Source: Pseudothermotoga sp. (lineage in GTDB: Bacteria > Thermotogota > Thermotogae > Thermotogales > DSM-5069). From it: a stretch of DNA of 64,000 nucleotides. Where the stretch lies: NCBI GenBank assembly GCA_041640575.1, contig JBEPZZ010000003.1, positions 1-64,000 on the forward strand, written 5' to 3'. The notes below the pieces were generated by a model. It worked only from the letters and a program-made list of their open reading frames with translations, was not told where the DNA came from and searched no databases. Of this stretch, positions 59,561 through 64,000 are shown piece after piece. The translations under genes were made by a program, and so were the position numbers. How positions within the stretch are numbered: position 1 is the stretch's first letter; every line of letters begins with the position of its first letter.

Positions 59561-60899
59561 AATTTTTCTTAAGATTTTTAACTGTTCGAACGAAATCTTG
59601 ACTTGTCCTTATTATATCGCCAGCACCTACAAAAAGATACACTGTGTTTTCAGTGAGAGGAATAAGATATTCCAAGACTTCATGAGAACTTACATAAAGG
59701 CTTTTCTTTCCGAGCGATACCAATCCTTCAACTATTACTTTGGATGAAAGTTTTGGAACATCGACTTCAAAAGCATCATATACTTCGGTTACGTAAACTT
59801 CATCCGCTAATTCCAATGCTCGTGCAAAGTTTCCGTCCTCTCTTGCCAATCGAGTATAACGATGTGGTTGGAATATCACAACCTTTTTTTGGTTAGGGAA
59901 TCTTTCACTTGTAGCTTTTAGGAGTGAACGAATTTCATCTGGTGTATGTGCATAGTCGTCGACGACAAAAATTTGTCGGTTTTCGTCAATAGTCGTCACC
60001 GTGAATCTTCTAAATGTGTTCACAAAGGTTTCCAACGCACCTATCACAGCCGGTACCTCATAACCAGCTGCCCAAAGCAATGTTACGACGGCCATTGCAT
60101 TTAGAACATTATGTTCTCCAGGTATTTTCAAGGTCAAAGTGTATATCTTACCATCGAGCTCGATGTTTGCTCTCTGAGCAAATGGATCAGCTGTTCGATC
60201 AAGTAATCTGCAAATTCCTCCAGTTCTACCGAAGCTGAATCTACTCAGCTGTTTTGTTAGTTCGTCTTCAAAATTTGTAACTACGATTTTTTTAGTGCCT
60301 GATGCTAGCCTCTCAAAGCAAGACCTGTAAAATGTCACATCCGATTTGAAATTCTCAAGATGATCTCCCCTGGCATTAGTTATAATGAGAAAATCCGGTG
60401 AAAAGTTGCAAAAATCCGGTTGACTCTCATCAAGCTCGTAAACAATTTCGTTGCTCCCTTTTCTATAGTTTCCATATTCAAGTGAGCTATGTATCCCGCC
60501 TAGAAAAACTGTTGGGTTTTTACCAATTGTTTTTAGAGCATGGGCAAGCATGGCTGTAGTCGTAGTTTTGCCATCTGAGCCAGTTACCGCATACTGCGAA
60601 TGTCCGCTAACAACTGATTGTAAAAATTCAAAGCGATTTATGATTGGAACATTTTCCTTTCTGGCTCTCACTATCTCTGGGTTATCCCTGTGAACTGCTG
60701 GTGTATAGACCACCATATCTGGCTCTAACCAGTTTCCATAACTGTGACCAAAAAAAATCTTTATACCAAGGTTCTGGAGAAGTTTGGTTTGTTCATTTCG
60801 GTGTATATCTGAACCATACACCTCTTTCTCGTTCAAATGGGAATGTAATGCTAAAGAGCTCATTCCTATACCGCCAATACCAATAAAGTGTATTCTCAT
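59559..60899 (-). CDS. murC: UDP-N-acetylmuramate--L-alanine ligase
   Basis: HFIGIGGIGMS, GS.GKTTTT, E.DES, DHL, RRF, DDYAH.P and FQPHRYTR. Confidence 0.95.
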   Translation of the reverse strand: MRIHFIGIGGIGMSSLALHSHLNEKEVYGSDIHRNEQTKLLQNLGIKIFFGHSYGNWLEPDMVVYTPAVHRDNPEIVRARKENVPIINRFEFLQSVVSGHSQYAVTGSDGKTTTTAMLAHALKTIGKNPTVFLGGIHSSLEYGNYRKGSNEIVYELDESQPDFCNFSPDFLIITNARGDHLENFKSDVTFYRSCFERLASGTKKIVVTNFEDELTKQLSRFSFGRTGGICRLLDRTADPFAQRANIELDGKIYTLTLKIPGEHNVLNAMAVVTLLWAAGYEVPAVIGALETFVNTFRRFTVTTIDENRQIFVVDDYAHTPDEIRSLLKATSERFPNQKKVVIFQPHRYTRLAREDGNFARALELADEVYVTEVYDAFEVDVPKLSSKVIVEGLVSLGKKSLYVSSHEVLEYLIPLTENTVYLFVGAGDIIRTSQDFVRTVKNLKKN

Positions 60900-61918
60900 C
60901 GAATCTCCTCCAAAATCAATTTTGCAATCTCCGAAGCTGGATTCTCCTTCTTTTCTTCTCTTCGCTCCAGTTTCATTGCTTTCCTCAAAGCTGCCAAAAG
61001 ATTATCTTTATTACAGTCCTTTTCTCTAAGCAACACCGCACGTCCAATTCTCTCAAGATACATTGCATTCATAATCTGATGTTTTCCAGCCGAACCTTCC
61101 CACGGTATAAGTACACCAGGCACACCAAAATATAACATCTCGCTTATGGTTAGTGCTCCAGCTCTTACGATTGCTACTCTTGCTCTCCTCCAGACAGGTG
61201 TCATTGAATATATATAGTCGTAGGCTATTACATTCTTAAATCTGGAGAGCCTTCTTGTCCATTCTGGATCACCAGTCGCGTGAACAAAAATAGTTGTTGA
61301 ATCTTCCTCATATATTTCCTCCATTACAGAATTCAAGAAACTGCTTCCCTTACTACCCCCAAAGACTAGAACAAAATCAACTGCTTCATTCCAGAAGCTA
61401 TCTTCTTTTATTCTTACTGGATTCCCAGTTACTACTATCTTTTTTCTCACCGATCGTGGAAAATAAGTTACACTGTCTTCGAAACCAACGAAAATTTTTC
61501 TTGCGCCTCTACTTAAAACTTTGTTCGCCAAGCCAGGTATTATATTTTGTTCCTGAATGAACAATGGCTTTTTTTGCTCTAAAACTACCTTACCAACTGG
61601 GTAAGACACATATCCACCAGTCACAAAGCCAAAATCACATTGCTGCACTTCCGAAGTAATCATACTCTTAACTCTAATGATTTTCAATAGTCTTTTAATA
61701 TTTGTCAGGCTAAACACAGGCCTTTGCAATCCAGAAACATCAAGTTTAATAGTATGGTAGTCCGGATGTTCGACCGGTATTATCCGACCTTCTAATCCTC
61801 TTTCCAGGCAAAAATAGGCAATCTCTAAACCATCCCTGAGCTTTGATAGAGACTCTAGGACAGCCAAGGCTGGGTAAAGATGTCCACCGGTTACTCCACC
61901 AGCAACCGCTATTCTCAT
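60896..61918 (-). CDS. murG: Lipid II GlcNAc transferase
   Basis: GGVTGGHLYP, GGYVS.P, EQN..PG.AN, GNPVR, GGS.G, RAGA.T.SE and HQ..NA. Confidence 0.95.
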   Translation of the reverse strand: MRIAVAGGVTGGHLYPALAVLESLSKLRDGLEIAYFCLERGLEGRIIPVEHPDYHTIKLDVSGLQRPVFSLTNIKRLLKIIRVKSMITSEVQQCDFGFVTGGYVSYPVGKVVLEQKKPLFIQEQNIIPGLANKVLSRGARKIFVGFEDSVTYFPRSVRKKIVVTGNPVRIKEDSFWNEAVDFVLVFGGSKGSSFLNSVMEEIYEEDSTTIFVHATGDPEWTRRLSRFKNVIAYDYIYSMTPVWRRARVAIVRAGALTISEMLYFGVPGVLIPWEGSAGKHQIMNAMYLERIGRAVLLREKDCNKDNLLAALRKAMKLERREEKKENPASEIAKLILEEIR

Positions 61919-63003
61919 ATTGTTTCACTTCCGTTTGGCTGATTTGTTAAAATATTGATAACTATACCAAAGGCACCAAGTATCGTTACCATGGAGCTGC
62001 CACCGTAACTTATTAAAGGTAAAGCAATACCAGTTACTGGTAGTACCCCAGCGACAACCCCAAGATTTACGAGAACCTGAAGCATAATTAGAAAAGAAAA
62101 ACCAACAATGTAAGATGATGCAAAGGTGTCAGAAATTCTTTCAACACTTTTGAGCAAGATTCCAACGAGTATTACGAATAATGCTATAACTGCTATTATT
62201 CCTAAAATGCCAAATTCTTCACCAAGTACCGACAATATAAAGTCAGTCACAACTGCTGGTACAGTCAATTTCACAGTCCCAAGCCCAATTCCCTTGCCGG
62301 TGATTCTTCCTTCTCTAATAGCTTGCAAAGATTTGGCTACTTGTTCCGGAATTTGCCCTTCGAAAAAGGTCCTTAAACGCCATAATTGATAATCACTTAG
62401 AAAAACTTTCATTTTCGCGAAAACAAATATTATTAAAAAAGAAAGACCGAGCGTTAATGCTATATAGATTCCTCTGGTACCATGCGAGTAAAGAAGTAAC
62501 AAAGTCAGTGCAAAGAGAATGAGAGCAGTGCTTAGATCTGGTTCAAAAAGTATCAGTGCAAGCATTGGTGAAATAAGTAAAATTGGTAGTACAAATCCTT
62601 TAAAGAATTCTCCCATTCGAGATTTGTTCTGAGAAATGTAGCTTGAGACAAATATGATAATAGCTATTTTTGCGAATTCAGATGGTTGAAAGTTGAAAAA
62701 TCCTAGCGTAACCCATCTGTGTGATCCACCAATGGCAGGATAAAAGAACGGCATTACTAACAGGCCCAAGGCCAAAAAGTAATAGAAAACGGCTAATCTT
62801 TCATGAGTCGAGTAATCAACTATTACGGTAACCACCATAAGTATTACACCGACTACAAGCCTTTGAACATGCTCTGAAAAAATATTTCTGTATGTATTCC
62901 CAAATAGAACCAATTGAGAAGCCACATCAACGCTTGATATTAAAACCATGCCTACAACAATAAGAATGGATACGACAAAAATCAATGGTACACACTGTGA
63001 CAA
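61915..63003 (-). CDS. ftsW: SEDS-family peptidoglycan polymerase FtsW
   Basis: G..RW, FQPSEFAK, EPDL, G.G.G, TDFI..V.GEEFG and PVTG..LP.ISYGGSS; lies between murD and murG. Confidence 0.93.
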   Translation of the reverse strand: MSQCVPLIFVVSILIVVGMVLISSVDVASQLVLFGNTYRNIFSEHVQRLVVGVILMVVTVIVDYSTHERLAVFYYFLALGLLVMPFFYPAIGGSHRWVTLGFFNFQPSEFAKIAIIIFVSSYISQNKSRMGEFFKGFVLPILLISPMLALILFEPDLSTALILFALTLLLLYSHGTRGIYIALTLGLSFLIIFVFAKMKVFLSDYQLWRLRTFFEGQIPEQVAKSLQAIREGRITGKGIGLGTVKLTVPAVVTDFILSVLGEEFGILGIIAVIALFVILVGILLKSVERISDTFASSYIVGFSFLIMLQVLVNLGVVAGVLPVTGIALPLISYGGSSMVTILGAFGIVINILTNQPNGSETI

Positions 63004-63006
63004 AAC

Positions 63007-63999
63007 TTAACCCCCCAGCATGGATTTTACCACAATTTCAAAATGTTCTCCCCGCTCCTCGTAATTTCTGTATAAATCGAAGCTTGAACCTGCAGGACTT
63101 AGAAGAACAACATCGCCGGAATCTGCGATTTCGAACGCTTCTTGAACCGCTTCTTCCATGTTTTGAACGATTCTTACATCAATTTGTCTAGAGATCAGCG
63201 TCTTGGCGAGCAGATTAACCATTTCGCCAAACATTACAACTGCCTTTGCTTTCATGAGAATCACTTCAGTTAACTTTGTGTAATCCTCATTTTTACCTCT
63301 TCCGGTCAGGATTAATACTACTCTCTTACTATCGAAATTCTCCAAAGCGGCTATTGTCGCTGCAGCACTTGTAGATTTTGAATCGTCATAGAAACTTATC
63401 CCGTTAATTTCACCAACAAATTGCATCCTGTGCTTTGGTGGTTTGAAATCTTCCAAGAATTGAAGGGAATCCTCTGATTTAAAACCAAGAACTCTGAGAA
63501 TTTCGAGTGTCGCCGATAAATTCCATAAATTCTGTGAAGTATAAAGATAAGAATTGTAAAAGTGGTATTTCTTTCCCGATAATTCCAGTATCATTTCCTC
63601 TCTATTTGCTTTCACACAGTTGAAGCCTACTGTGTTTTTATACTCTCTGGCAAGCGAAACCAATAAAGGATCCTGTGCGTTATAAACTCTGACGTTGGAA
63701 AAGTCGAAAAGTTTTATTTTCGAACGGTAGTAATGTTCAAAATCTGGGTGCCAATCAAGATGGTTTGGGCTTATGTTGAGGATCGCACCTATGTCAAGCG
63801 GAATTTTTTTCGCCCAAAACAATTGAAAACTGCTCAGTTCAAGTACCAAATATTCAATGTCTTCTTCAATTAGTTTTGCAACTGGATTACCTACGTTACC
63901 AAGGCAATCAACTTTCTTGTACAACTTTCGCAAAGCATGGGTCAACATGTTACATGTTGTAGTTTTACCATTCGTACCTGTGACTCCAATTATGCACTT
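63007..63999 (-). CDS. murD: UDP-MurNAc-L-Ala--D-glutamate ligase, 5' end outside window
   Basis: The frame is open to the window edge (KCIIGVTGTNGKTTT); GNVG.P, ELSSFQL, HLDWH, HRM, DDSKST and LLSPA.SSFD.Y..YEERG..F. Confidence 0.95.
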   Translation of the reverse strand, partial: KCIIGVTGTNGKTTTCNMLTHALRKLYKKVDCLGNVGNPVAKLIEEDIEYLVLELSSFQLFWAKKIPLDIGAILNISPNHLDWHPDFEHYYRSKIKLFDFSNVRVYNAQDPLLVSLAREYKNTVGFNCVKANREEMILELSGKKYHFYNSYLYTSQNLWNLSATLEILRVLGFKSEDSLQFLEDFKPPKHRMQFVGEINGISFYDDSKSTSAAATIAALENFDSKRVVLILTGRGKNEDYTKLTEVILMKAKAVVMFGEMVNLLAKTLISRQIDVRIVQNMEEAVQEAFEIADSGDVVLLSPAGSSFDLYRNYEERGEHFEIVVKSMLGG

Positions 64000-64000
64000 G

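Overview
This is a gene-dense, AT-rich bacterial chromosome segment. The protein content and the long Alu-domain SRP RNA suggest Thermotogota, probably Pseudothermotoga-like (an inference). It is mostly core genome: about 55 CDS, five tRNAs (Phe, Val, Glu, Pro, Cys) and the large SRP RNA. I found no transposase, prophage, CRISPR array or rRNA. The main blocks, in order: transporter-xer-tdk-NUDIX-ispE-kduD-outer-membrane protein; flavin reductase-rfbA; a coupled minus-strand run of lpdA, an Fe-S/flavoprotein amino-acid dehydrogenase complex, yajC and secDF; MarR-MMPL-SDR; response regulator-trkA-trkA-trkH; a beta-propeller protein and an MCP; split fumarase; hutU-oadB-korD-korA-ferritin-like; rtcB-MFS-rseC; an oligogalacturonide operon (togBMN-GH28-kduI-GH105); uraA with a PyrR-type leader; a stand-alone PurH N-domain; comF; two adjacent Opp/Dpp systems; and the end of the dcw cluster (murD-ftsW-murG-murC). 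The best leads are: (1) lpdA leading a four-domain fused flavo/Fe-S amino-acid dehydrogenase; (2) a stand-alone IMP-cyclohydrolase domain that seems to need a CTG start; (3) a PyrR hairpin that covers the uraA ribosome-binding site; (4) a receiver-TPR protein coupled to a split Trk system; (5) a MarR-controlled MMPL plus SDR module with a visible operator; (6) a Wzi-like beta-barrel candidate. All product calls come from motif recognition by eye; no database search was run.
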